A DNA stretch of 64,000 nt from Sphagnum compactum (Eukaryota). A model generated the notes under the pieces. It was not told the DNA's origin, did no database searches, and was given only the letters and a program-made list of their open reading frames with translations. The translations under genes and the position numbers were made by a program. Where the stretch lies: NCBI GenBank assembly GCA_965153455.1, contig OZ234493.1, positions 2,666,001 to 2,730,000 of the forward strand, read 5' to 3'. Of the stretch, positions 34,501 through 46,260 are shown piece by piece; the stretch's first letter is position 1, and every line of letters starts with the position of its first letter.

Positions 34501-37500
34501 TGCTATTGTGTCTTCAGAGTCCTGTTCTGAATCGTCGATTTTGGCGGCGAAAATGTAACTAGGTTGTTAACTACTGTAGAGTCTAGCAGACTGCAGTTTT
34601 TGCGGCCCGGTAACGGTTCTTTGCATAACCTTTATCACTCTGCGTATTTTGGGCCGTATTTTTGAAAAAAAACAAAAAAAACGTATAATACGCGTATGTT
34701 TGAATCGAATTGAGCGTATGTCACTACTATGGTGCATCTGCCTTGCTTTCAATGTGTGTTGCTGTTTGTAACATTTTTTTTTTTCAATTTTTTTTGTTAG
34801 TTTACAGTTGCATCTACCCAACTAATCAAAGAGTTGGACAACCGCTTCCCCTAGCGTGCCTTGCTCAATGCCATGGGCATTGTATGTCCACAGTACTAGT
34901 TGCAGCCCAATTATGATGATAGTTTTACCAAGCATTTGGAAGTATGAAAGTTTGGTACTGTGATCCAAAACTCTTGGGGTTTGGAGGTTCAAGTTCATTG
35001 GTTGCACCATTGCTTGATTGTTGGGGGCTAGATGCGCATAGCAAGGGATGTTCAAATTGTGTATGGAAAACAATTTTAAGGCTGCCATGGAACCACCTTT
35101 TGATTTGAATCCATTGATTCGAATTTGGAAGACAATTGATGCATCTTAAGTTTTCATGCATTCTAGAGTATTTTAAGTTGGTAAAAATGGCCATAGTCCA
35201 TGTTAAAGGGAGTGTAGAAAATGAGAGATGTTTTTCATTTCTTGCATGTCGTAAGAACAAGTTGCGAGTACTTTAGATCCTCACCTTCCTCTTGTTGTTA
35301 GCATGTATAACCAAAAGTTTTTTTTTACTTTAAAAAGTTTTTTTGTACATTGCCACATTTGATGCTTGGATTAGAGCAATTGATCGTTACAGTATTCTTG
35401 CGTAAATGACATTTTGTTCTAACATTTCTAGAAATGCATAGTTCTTGCCTTCCATACTTTTATGACTTTGTTCACCCTGGCAATAGCTTCATGTTCTTTG
35501 TTGGCCTAGGCCTTTTGTTTCTAGCATCTTAGTATGTTTAGTGAACCATTTGAAGATATGGAAATTTGTGGTCTTGGTTTGAAACTTTATTTTCAATGAG
35601 AGTTTTTTTCAATGAACATTGTTTGATAAGTAGTTTGCTTCTCACTCACAAGGCAATGGAGCCAACAACATCACATCCTAAATCTAGACAGTAGCCTTAA
35701 GTCTATATTAAAATGTTGATTGTCGCCATTATTGGCATGTTTCGAATTCCCTTTGATAGCCATTACCTTTCATTTGCAACATACAAATTATTGCCAATAT
35801 CTTGCATTTTTCAGCATATGCGCGCCACCTCCTTTAAATAATATTAAAAAAGTATTGCCACTTGGATTGTGGAATCCAGGGCTCCTGAAGTGATGTGGGC
35901 ACTTTATGAAAAACCAAGAAAAAAAAGGGCTGGAAGAGAGTACTCTAAGTTCCATCAAAGAAAGAAAGACCCGTGGGACTTGAATCATGGTGTGGTTGTG
36001 AGAGACTTATTCCACTTTGCATAGTTGTGGTATTCTTCTCTATCCTAGAAAGACCATAAGGCCCATGAGAATGCTTGTTTTTTCTTATGTATTCCTTTTC
36101 ATTCTTTTAATGATTGTTGAAGCACCAGCTAAGTACCATCAATGATGAATACTACCCATTGCCCACAAAATGAGTCTATGAAGAAGATGATGGCACCATT
36201 TGACCACCATTGGGAAAATAAATCAATTGACAAAATAGTTTGATTGGTGGTCTGTCGTGAAGATGGTCCCATGGGACCACCATTTTGAGGATTGTAACCT
36301 ATTTGGGTGCATTATTCTCACGCACTTTTTCAGGCTTTTTCCTAAGTAGGACAGGTAGTCAGTCATCTACTGGTTCCATTTTTGGAAGAGTCGGTTTTAC
36401 TCGGAATGTGAATTCTTAGAGAACAATGTTGTGCCATCATTTGAATTTTTAAAGTATAGGGTAAGTCCCCTGCTGTTAAGGATTTACGTGGCATAACAAA
36501 CCGAGGTGATCAATGCCTTCCAAAATAATTCCCTCCTTCACAGTGATCTGACTGGGTCACATCTTTCACCATAGGGATCTTATAAAATTATGCTATTTGC
36601 CCTAAGGAACATTTCGTAAGCCTAAATTCAAAAAATAATTCACCCTCCAGAGAAAGATTTAGCCAAATTTGACTACAAGCTAAATATGGAAGTAAAACTT
36701 GTAAATATCCTTTTTTTTTTTTTCCCCTACCTACTTGAACCATTTATAGAAATCTGGTGATTTTTCTTCTTTTTTTTTCGAATGCTGGCTATTAAAAATC
36801 TCAAAAGAACTTGATTTCAGCACTTTTTATTTTTAATATAACTGTTTCGCTATTATATATGGCCAAGAAAAAAGAGGCAGGTGCTGATTGTTTTGCCTGA
36901 CATGACATGGAAGGCCCCAACATTATATGTGCACATAGTGATGACGATGATGATGATGATGAAACCCTGCCAAACTTTATAAAAAGAAAGCACCCAAGAA
37001 GGGGGGAGAAAAACAAACAAGGGGCAAGGACAAAAGTCCAGGCAAGCAAACAGCCCAACAAAGGTGGGCCACAAGGAGGAAAGGGCACCACTAAGAATAG
37101 TTGTTATTGCAAGAGTACAAAAGTCTCACCTGCTTCTTTTTTATTCCTGACATGATTTCCTTTCTTGGCAGGGTTTTAGTATTATACCGTAGCCTAGGGT
37201 CAATTTCCACATTGAGAAAACAAATAATTATTATTTTTCCAAAAAAGATTTTAAATTTTTTTTGAAATTATATTATTTTCCATCATCTGCTATAATAATA
37301 TTGTGATATGAGTAGTGAAATTATTCAGAGTGTAGCCTCCGATAATAATTATGATGATTTTCAACATGTCAACTTCATATTTTCACAAGATTTCATTTCA
37401 CTATTTTGAGAATTATATAATGACGAAACTGACCTTAGGGTAAGGTAGGCACATATAATGTTTGGGAGAAACAAGGGGCCCTTTGCTGGCCTTTATGTAC

Positions 37501-37855
37501 TATGTCAGGTGTAGTAGGTTCATCAAGTGATAAGAAGAGGTTTGAGCAGGGCCTGTTCCAGCATGACCAGTATTTGCACCAATGATTCACATCACAGTAG
37601 TGTTCCCTGGACCCTCTAAGATAATAAGTTGGGGGTGCTTATTCATACTTCTAAACCCTAAACAATTTTCAAGTTGTACCCGTAATCATGTTAATCGGAA
37701 TTTTTTATATTAGTTTGATTTATTCAGTTGCCCGAGCTCTCTGCTCAAGTCTCAGCTCGCTGCTTTGGCGAGATGATCTTCGCAATGCATCTAGTTACAC
37801 TCCTGTATATGGTCATTCTTTGATTGGGTTGGCAACAGTTTTGGATTGGTGACAT

Positions 37856-40800
37856 ATGTTTATCACATCAGCGATGGCTTGCAGTCCAGGTGTAGATATG
37901 GTAGCGTTTGGTAGTGGTCTGAGGTACATAAGTTTTGGGCACACGAGAGCACTTGGGTATGCATCTAACGTGTTTGTCGTGTTCTTGGTTGTGAGTTCTC
38001 TGCCTGCAGTGCTCACAAGAAGTCTTCAAGGCTGCTTATCACAGTGTGGGAACGTCGCAATCCCGTATCCATTTGGCACCAGTCCGGGATGTGGCCTGCC
38101 GGAGTTTTCTTTGAATTGCAGCAGCGATGGATGGTGGGCAAATGCGGTGCTGCTGCTTGCGCCCCCCTGTGGTCGCTCTGGCAACTTTATCCAGGTCACA
38201 AGCATCTCAGCCAACACACTCATCATCAGCGCGATTCGCCTTGTAACTTTCTCCTGTGACCCAACCCTTGGTTCCGGAAATGCAACGAGCGCTTGTCTCG
38301 GTCCAGCTTCAGCGCCTTATGTTTTTACACCGCAGAATAATTTATTTGCAGGGGGTTGCGGCGCATGGGGCGAGTTATATGGTGACGATGAATTTGTTGG
38401 CCGGTGCTCGACTCAAGGATGTAATAGTACCGGTCAAAATGAAATAACCGACTGTACCACACCACAATTTCCCAAAGGTGTGCGCAACATCACGATTTAT
38501 GGAGGAGGCAACTGTGGATGGGCCAGCGTGATCTACCCGCCTACTTATGACGGGGGAGTATGGGGAGCTCAGTTGGGATGGGCCATTCCTGGACCGAGTT
38601 GCCAAAACGCGACAACGCTGCCTAACTATTCTTGCGCTGCGATGGCAACCTGCCAGGATGCTCAATTCCCAGGTCTGAGCGGGTACACATGTGCGTGCAA
38701 TGCTGGTTACGATGGGGATGGATACGCGAACGGAATCGGATGTCACGGTAAGCATGACCTCAAGAGCTCGTGCTATTAATGTCCTACTTAGAATTTCATG
38801 CTTTTCGTTTTGGCCATGTCTAGGAGACCATTATTCGACACCTTGCAAATCAAGATTCTATTCAGGGCGTAGAAGGGATGAGCAAACATCTGATAGTTTT
38901 GTGTGAAGATTACCTGAAGTGATGGCCGAAACAAGAACGACACATGTTTCAAACAAATTGTCTTGGTCTTCTTTGCAGTCCTCATTTATTGCTCTCCATC
39001 GACCAATGTGTGCAATTCTTAGCTCGGTCTTGCTTATATGCAATAGTTCGTGCAAGTCTGAGAACTAGCTAGATTGTTAATCAACGTTGTCAAGTCAGCA
39101 GTTCAATAAGTTATCATGCTGGTGTCATGGTGACTCGGACTTGGACATCCCATTCAGTAAACTTTGCCTGAAAGATGTGGTCAACACACAAGTTTGTATA
39201 AAGTGATCTACTGACAAACAAATTTTTTTTTCTTGCAACTGCAGAAATCAACAAATGCTTGAACTCCACATTGAATAATTGTTCTCCAAATGCAATTTGT
39301 ACCAACACGACTGGAGGTTACTATTGTAATTGCACCAACGGATTCTCTGGTGATGGCTCTCATGATGGGACAGGATGTCAATCTATCAGGAAACATAACC
39401 TTTTACTAGTTGCAGGTATTTCACAATGCTACCTGCCATCTAAACAATTGTATAATTTCTAATGTGCAATACCCTTCAAGGTTTTCAACATTTATTGTCA
39501 TTTGATGACTAAGGGGCTATATATACAATCTTTGGATGCAAGAGTGCAAACATTGAAAGACAATTGTCAACTTTGAGAGTTTGACTAAGCTCTAGTTCCA
39601 TCCAAATGAGACAATTACAGTCCTTCCACAATGGATCAAAGTACATACCCAAACATGATTGTTGAGATCATTAACATCGTTTATCAAGTATGAACCATGA
39701 CTAATAGATATTTGTTGCAAAGTTGATCAATACTAGAACCAATTTTGTAATCAATCGTTGTAGTCTTGACTTTGAGGTTTCATTGTGAATCATGATCTTC
39801 TCTAATGTTAATTGTTGTCAATAACCAAAAGATTGTTGTTATGTAATTGTTGTAATGGGTTGCAACTAAAGATAATTGAAATGCATTTTGATCCTAGGAC
39901 TATCGGCAACAACAGCTATACTTGTGGGGCTCGGAGGTGTTCTATTGGCCTTGTTGTGTTGTATCAAAAGAACAAGGAAACATAAGCAATTTGCTCGAAG
40001 AAATTTTGAAGCCTTGGGGAAGCTTCAAGATTTTTTCACCTCATTGACCGATGGTGAATCGAATACAACAACGTTGTTTTCTTTGAAAGAGTTAGAAAAA
40101 GCAACAAATGGATTTTCCGATGACCAAAAGCTTGGTGTTGGAGGATTTGGCACAGTTTATAAAGGCACAATGGAAAGTGGATTGATTGTGGCAGTGAAAA
40201 GGACAAATAAACTAGACACAAGTGGTGCACAACAATTTCTAAATGAAGTGGCCTTGTTATCTCAGGTCAATCATCGTAACCTTGTCCGTCTTCATGGATG
40301 CTGCTTGGAGACAGAAGTACCAATGCTTGTGTATGAATATGTCCCAAATGGAAACCTTAGTGAACATTTACGAGGTGAAAACTCTAGTGAACTTGGACAG
40401 TTGACTTGGCCCAAACGCATGCAAATTGCGATTGAAACTGCAGAGGCCATTACTTACCTCCATTCAGAAGCAAATCCGCCCATATATCATAGGGATGTGA
40501 AATCAGCCAACATATTATTAAACAATAAGTATGGTGTTAAAGTATCAGATTTTGGAATCTCAAAGTTGATCCCATTAGATGCAACCCATGTTTCAACAAT
40601 AGCACAAGGGACACCAGGCTATTGGGACCCTGAGTATTTCCTATCATACCAGTTAACTCACAAAAGTGATGTTTATAGCTTTGGAGTCATTTTGTTGGAA
40701 TTGATAACCTCTCAACCTCCTGTGGACCTCAATCGTGACAAAATGGAAATGAGCCTAGTAGCCATGTGCATTCCTCAAATCAAGGAAGGTAATTTTGAGG

Positions 40801-41072
40801 CAATTGTAGACCCTAAGTTATTATCATCAAATTTTGAAGAAATGGAAACAACTCTACAAGAAATTGAGAAAGTTGCCACTATGGCGATGCATTGTTTGGC
40901 GTTCAAAGGAGATGATCGACCTTCCATGAAACAAGTGACAAAGGTTTTACATCAAATCAAAGGTGATTGTCGATGGAATGAAGGCAAAGGAAACCTTTCA
41001 AGTGAGTTTGGACTTGTTGGGGTCCATGAAATGGAATTGGTTCAATTAATTGATGCAAATATTGCAAATTAA
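37856..41072 (+). CDS. WAK: Wall-associated receptor kinase copy B, apparently intact, ~745 aa; exons 37856-38747, 39245-39415, 39898-41072
   Basis: Exons total 2238 nt in frame with phase-1 GT-AG introns. Hydrophobic signal region, CGNVAIPYPFG, two EGF-like modules, TM segment and a complete RD kinase (GVGGFGTVYKG, VAVK, HRDVKSAN, DFG). The start Met is uncertain. Confidence 0.9.
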
Positions 41073-44000
41073 TTTCAAATTTTTACAACATTTTCTACTT
41101 CCATTCAATCTAGTAACCCTTCAAGTGCTTGTGTACATAAATAGATGTAAATTTTGAGTAGGTTGAACCACTATTTCTTAAGTCATTAAGTAGCATACAT
41201 TGAATGTCTTGGACATGATGCATGCATATCAAAGCAAAGTTGAAAGGACAAAAAAGAATGAAAAATCATCCTTTTAATTTCATTCCCTTTGTATTGGTGT
41301 TGATATACATAAAAACTCCACTTTAAATCATGTTATCTAACTTTACAATCCATGTGAAAGTTCAAATACTATACACTAATGAGTCAAAGATAAATAAAAT
41401 GTTTGCACATAAGCATTGTCAAAATTACTTACAAATTTCAAATATTACCACATAAGAAAAGTGTAAATTGGTTACTTGTAATCTTCACAAGTTTATGCTA
41501 TTGTCAAGCTTATATAAAAAAACACAAATTAATTTACATTAACATATATTTTAAAAATACGTTGCAAACCACTTTAGCACCTCAAACATTAAAAGTCAAT
41601 TTATGCTTTCTAATGTCCATAGCCAAGAAATGCCCATAGAAGTTCCTCTTTCAGCATAAATTGTGCATTATAAACATTAATTTGTCCAAAATAATAATAA
41701 TAATAATAATAAACTACATCACTAAAAAATAAAATAAATTTGTTTTCGATATGGGGTCCATTGCATTTCTAACATTACATTTTGACTCCCAATTTCAAGT
41801 TAACAAAACCAAACTTCATTTCTTGAACAAACATTGAAGCAATGAATTTTAAGCTTAAAACAACCCCCAAATTAGACTCCTTCCTTGTTATTGGGGTCCT
41901 TGAATCAAAATGGCTAAATCATTTGAGTTTGAAAACTATGATAATTGTGGGACATTATGTTAAATTATTTAGATGAATGTTGGGGTATTCAAATTTAAAT
42001 CCATCTAATCCAACTTTAGGTATTCATTTTAGTTTAAACTTTTGAAAGTGAACATGTGCATCAAATAAGGATAATTTTTGTGAAAATTTTTCTTATTTTG
42101 CATGTCACGAAAATGTTTTGATGATAAAAAAATTTAAATGATAAAAACCTACTATTGCAATACTTGGGCAAGTTTAGTAGTTCCCTTTTTGTTTAATTTA
42201 TTTTCACAACAAACAATCTAATCCTTTTGAACCAATTCCACATGCAACTAGATGTTCAAATTTGATCAATTTTGGGTGTTCATTGATAGATAATATAATT
42301 TTGCACCAATTGTTGAAGATAAATGAATGGCAATCATTAGCATGGAAATGACAATCCCAATTTCTTTTAAATTAATGATTCAATAAGTTAACAAAAAGTC
42401 TTATCCCATACCACAAAAATGTTTTACTAACTTTCTCCCCTTCTTGCCCACTATCAACAACCAATATATGTGTCTAGTCACACATAACAAGTTCTTATTG
42501 CCAAAATGATACACTTTGCACCCGTTGCTTGGTATATATGCAACTTGCAACCTAGCACTTTCATATGCATATAAAATAATAGTGTACAAGCAATGGATTC
42601 AATTGCCACCATATTATATAAATCAATTTATGGCTTTTATGCTTTAAGGGCATGTAAAAATCAAAAACCATCCAATGTTGGAGTTGCTTGCTTATGCTAT
42701 GGACAAGCATCTCACTTAGTATCAGGTGGCCACCAAATGCTAAAATGTTGATATCCCCCTTGTATTAAGTGGTCACTAGATGCTAAAATGTTGATGTACC
42801 CTTTGAACTTGAAACAAATTTTTAAATGCTAGGTCGTTTAGAAGATCAAAGATCCAAGACAAAATATTTAAGCTATGTACAAGACTTATTATTGGATGGC
42901 CACCAAATATTAAGTATTAAATTCCAAACCAAATTCAAACATAAGATTTAGCTCCATTGTTATGATGAATTTGTTCACATATTATCATCTATCAAGATCA
43001 AACTTAACCTCCAAATCAAAAAATTTAACAAATATTTGGCAATTCTTAGTTTAAATCACAATTTGAACATTCATGTGACGTAAATAGTCACTCGACATAA
43101 ACAATCAAAGTCTTTGTTTCTAATTGTGGTTAAGTGCATTTAGCCTCTTCGATGTTTGTTCTAGCCCAACTAGCATGCATATTAGTCGTATGTTGTAGTT
43201 GCATCTACAACTAGAATTTGGTTCAACCCTTCTTGTAGTTGTATTTGTGATTACAACAAGTTGCAACTACATGGACATGTAGGACCAACACATTGTTAGT
43301 TGTAAAATTAGTTCAAGGTTTTAGGGTTTAGGCATAGTAGTCACAAAAATATGGTCAGAATGGACAACATTTCATCCAATCATATCTTTAGATTTACTAA
43401 TTGGGACTTGGATCTAGACTAAATGCTTTATTATGAAGAAAATTGTGTGGTTATTTATTGATAAGAAAACTCATTTACTAATAGTAAAGGACTTTTGAAG
43501 TCGAAAAATAGGGACTAGTCATTTGATTAATACAAAATGATAAACTCATATCATGAATATTTTCTTTGAAAACCTTAACCTTTTAATAGTTAGGGACTTT
43601 TAAATGATTCAAATTTGACCATATTTTCATAAGTCCACATGAGTTGCAATTTTATTTTTATTTTTTTCAAAATTGTCCCAGAAGAATATGTTTTGAAAGC
43701 TTTAGATGGGCCATTATTCATATGGATTTTGTGGGTTTTCCTTTTAAGACTTCTAAGTTAAAAATAACATCATTTACATTAAATATATATTTTCACATAG
43801 ATTTGGGAAAGTTTGTAGGTGATTGAACACATATTATTCAAAGATTATAATAATAACATTTTTAAAAACAATAATCGTGTCCTTTTGAATCATTAAAAAA
43901 AATCTTGTTTGGATTCATAAAGACTATAATTTTTGCCATTTTTGAACCATTCGATTGTGCATTCACCTTCGAATCCTTTAGTTGTGCTAGTAGAAGATGA

Positions 44001-45029
44001 AGAGTTTGAATAAACATCATTTGATGTGAATGTTCCCAACGGTTGTGCGAAAAAGAATCGTCCAGAAAAGTGGTGCACACTTAAGTTGATTATTCAGCAT
44101 GGGATCATCGATTATCTCTTAACCCCACATGCTTTAGTAATCTACTTAGGATTTTGTTTTGCTCATGGAGCCACGCCAAAAAGGTTCAAAAAATGTTAGT
44201 GCAAAGATGACAATGTTCATCTTCACTATTGAACTTGGATTTTTGGTGATGGCCATTATTGTTGACTACGAAGTCCAATCAACCCTTTTTCCATGGAGCA
44301 TCAAGCTGAGTACATAGTTCGCACCATTTGTCACATTCTGGACTTTTTGTAGTTATGATATTTCCCATCCAAGTTGTTTATTAAGTTGTAGTTTACTTAA
44401 GGCCACTTAGGTGGAAATGTTAATATATAAATTCGATCCTAATTTTGTTTGGGAACCTAATATAAATGAAGTTTGAATAAAGATGTTTTAGGACTACATT
44501 TTGGAAATCTTATAAGCACATCTTATAAGCATTAGTGCCTGAAGGTTATTTTACAAAACTATTTCAATATTGTCATGGCGAAATGTTAATGTTAATTATG
44601 GGGTTGTGTTTCTCATATATCAATAAAACCACATCTAATTTTATATCCTTTTCAACCTCTTTACAACATAAAAAGGATAATGCATTTTAAAAGATATACT
44701 AAGTTTTAAAATTAATTAATCACTATAGTAAATTAAATAAAAGGGTTCTCTACATTTGAAAATATTCAAAGGTTAATTCAACTATTAATAATTATTACTT
44801 GAAAGTTTATAAAAATTCAAATGATTATTACTAAGGAAATTTAAAGAACTAAAACTTAACAAATTACTCAATTGTAATTCATGGTTCACATCAAGGATGA
44901 AGGCAACGAACATTACATAATCGTGCATGTGCAATGATGGGTGCCATTGAAGAAAGGTGTCGTGAACAATGTGGAGTTGTATCGAAACTATTGGTGAGGA
45001 AAGTGGAAACTAGTTGGTAAACTAAGCGA

Positions 45030-46260
45030 GGTAAGTTTAATAGGTTACATTAAATTAAGTAGGCCTATGTATATTAGTAGCCTAGCCTAGCTTGCATATT
45101 TAATTAATCGGCCTAAATTATTTATAGGTAATAGTAGGTTAGTTTATTAGGTGTAACTAATTGGTTAGGCTATGAAGGTTAGACCTAGTTAGGTTAAGTG
45201 AGCTAGGTAGGTAGTTGGTAGCTAGGCTAGGTCATTAATTAATTAGTAAACTAGGTAGTAGGTAGGTTAATTAGTTTACCATGTGAATATGTGATCATGT
45301 TTTCCTACTAATTAATTAATTAACTTAGGTATTTAATCAATTAGTTAGTTAGGCTAAGTAGTATGTAATAAGTAGAAAAGGTACTACTAGGTGTAGTAGG
45401 TAGGTAGGTAAGTTAAACAAGAGGTATTTTGTTTTGTGGATATGTCATAATGTTTCTATATTAATTGATAAAATAATTACTTATGTTAACAAATTAGTTT
45501 ATTAAATGTAAGGTAGGTTATTAATTTATTAGGTACTAAACTAGGGAGTAGATAATAGGTTGTAAGTAGGTAGGTAAGGTAAACAAAAGTTTTATTTTAT
45601 GGATATGTTATAATGTTTTTGTATTAATTGATTAATTAACTAGTTATATTAAACAATTAATTTATTAAATGTAGGATAGGTGATTAATTTGTTAGGTAGG
45701 CTAGGTAGTAGATAGTAAGCATGTAACCTAGGTAATATATAATAAGTACGATAGGTACTAGTAGGTCGTAAATGGGTAGGTTATAAGTTAAGCAAAAGGT
45801 ATTTTATTTTGTGGATATGTTGTAGTGTTTTTGTATTAATTGATTAATTAATTATTTATGTTAAACAATTTATTTATTATATGTAGACTAGGTAATTAAT
45901 TTACTGGTAAGCTAGATAGTAGATAGTAAGTATGTAGCTTACATAGTATGTGATAAATAGGATAGGTAGTAGTAAGTAGTAAGTAGGTTAAATTGTAAAT
46001 ATTTTATTATGTGGATATATGATTTTACAATAATAATAATAAATTAAGTAAGTTAGGTAATAAACAGTAGGTATATAGCCTAGGTAATATGTAGTAAGTA
46101 GTTAAGTTAAGTAGTAGGTATTTTATTGTGTGGATATGTCATAGTGTTTTATATTAATTGATTAATTAATATAGTAGGTTAATTTGTAGGCAATAAGTAG
46201 GATAGATAATAAATAGTTAGTGAAAATGATAAATATTTTGTTGTGTGGAATGTTTTTGTA
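45030..46260. repeat. AT-rich degenerate tandem array (TAGGTAG-rich, ~180-200-bp period)
   Basis: TATTTT.TT.TGTGGATATGT recurs near 45425, 45592, 45800, 46001 and 46119. A CACTA-like right end (TTCTTCTAGTG) lies at ~46973-46983. Confidence 0.65.

Larger units (their letters stand above)
29341..34731 (-). mobile_element. hAT DNA transposon, family A copy 2: transposase-encoding element with captured host genes (Pack-hAT)
   Basis: Perfect TIR CATAGTAGTGACATACG (29341-29357 and 34715-34731); perfect TSD GTGCATCT (29333-29340 and 34732-34739). Both ends are colinear with copy 1; extra DNA at 31531-34529. Confidence 0.97.
23400..35405 (+). pseudogene. Old intron-containing hAT (ZNF862/Charlie-like) transposase relic interrupted by two nested elements
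   Basis: Pieces: ~23700-23937 (FQGIRTDVIKQI...GVHCMVHKCNLA...METKGLKMLK); 28563-28675 (IVKTP*IS); ~28800-29170 (DVFICDLV..VKVCQ); ~34801-35405 (LIKELDNRFP...GSVENERCFSFL..KNKLR..DPHLPLVV). Many stops. Confidence 0.75.

Noticed and set aside
36907-37155. 82-aa acidic/basic ORF
   Set aside because: Driven by a GAT microsatellite and low-complexity sequence; no recognisable domain.
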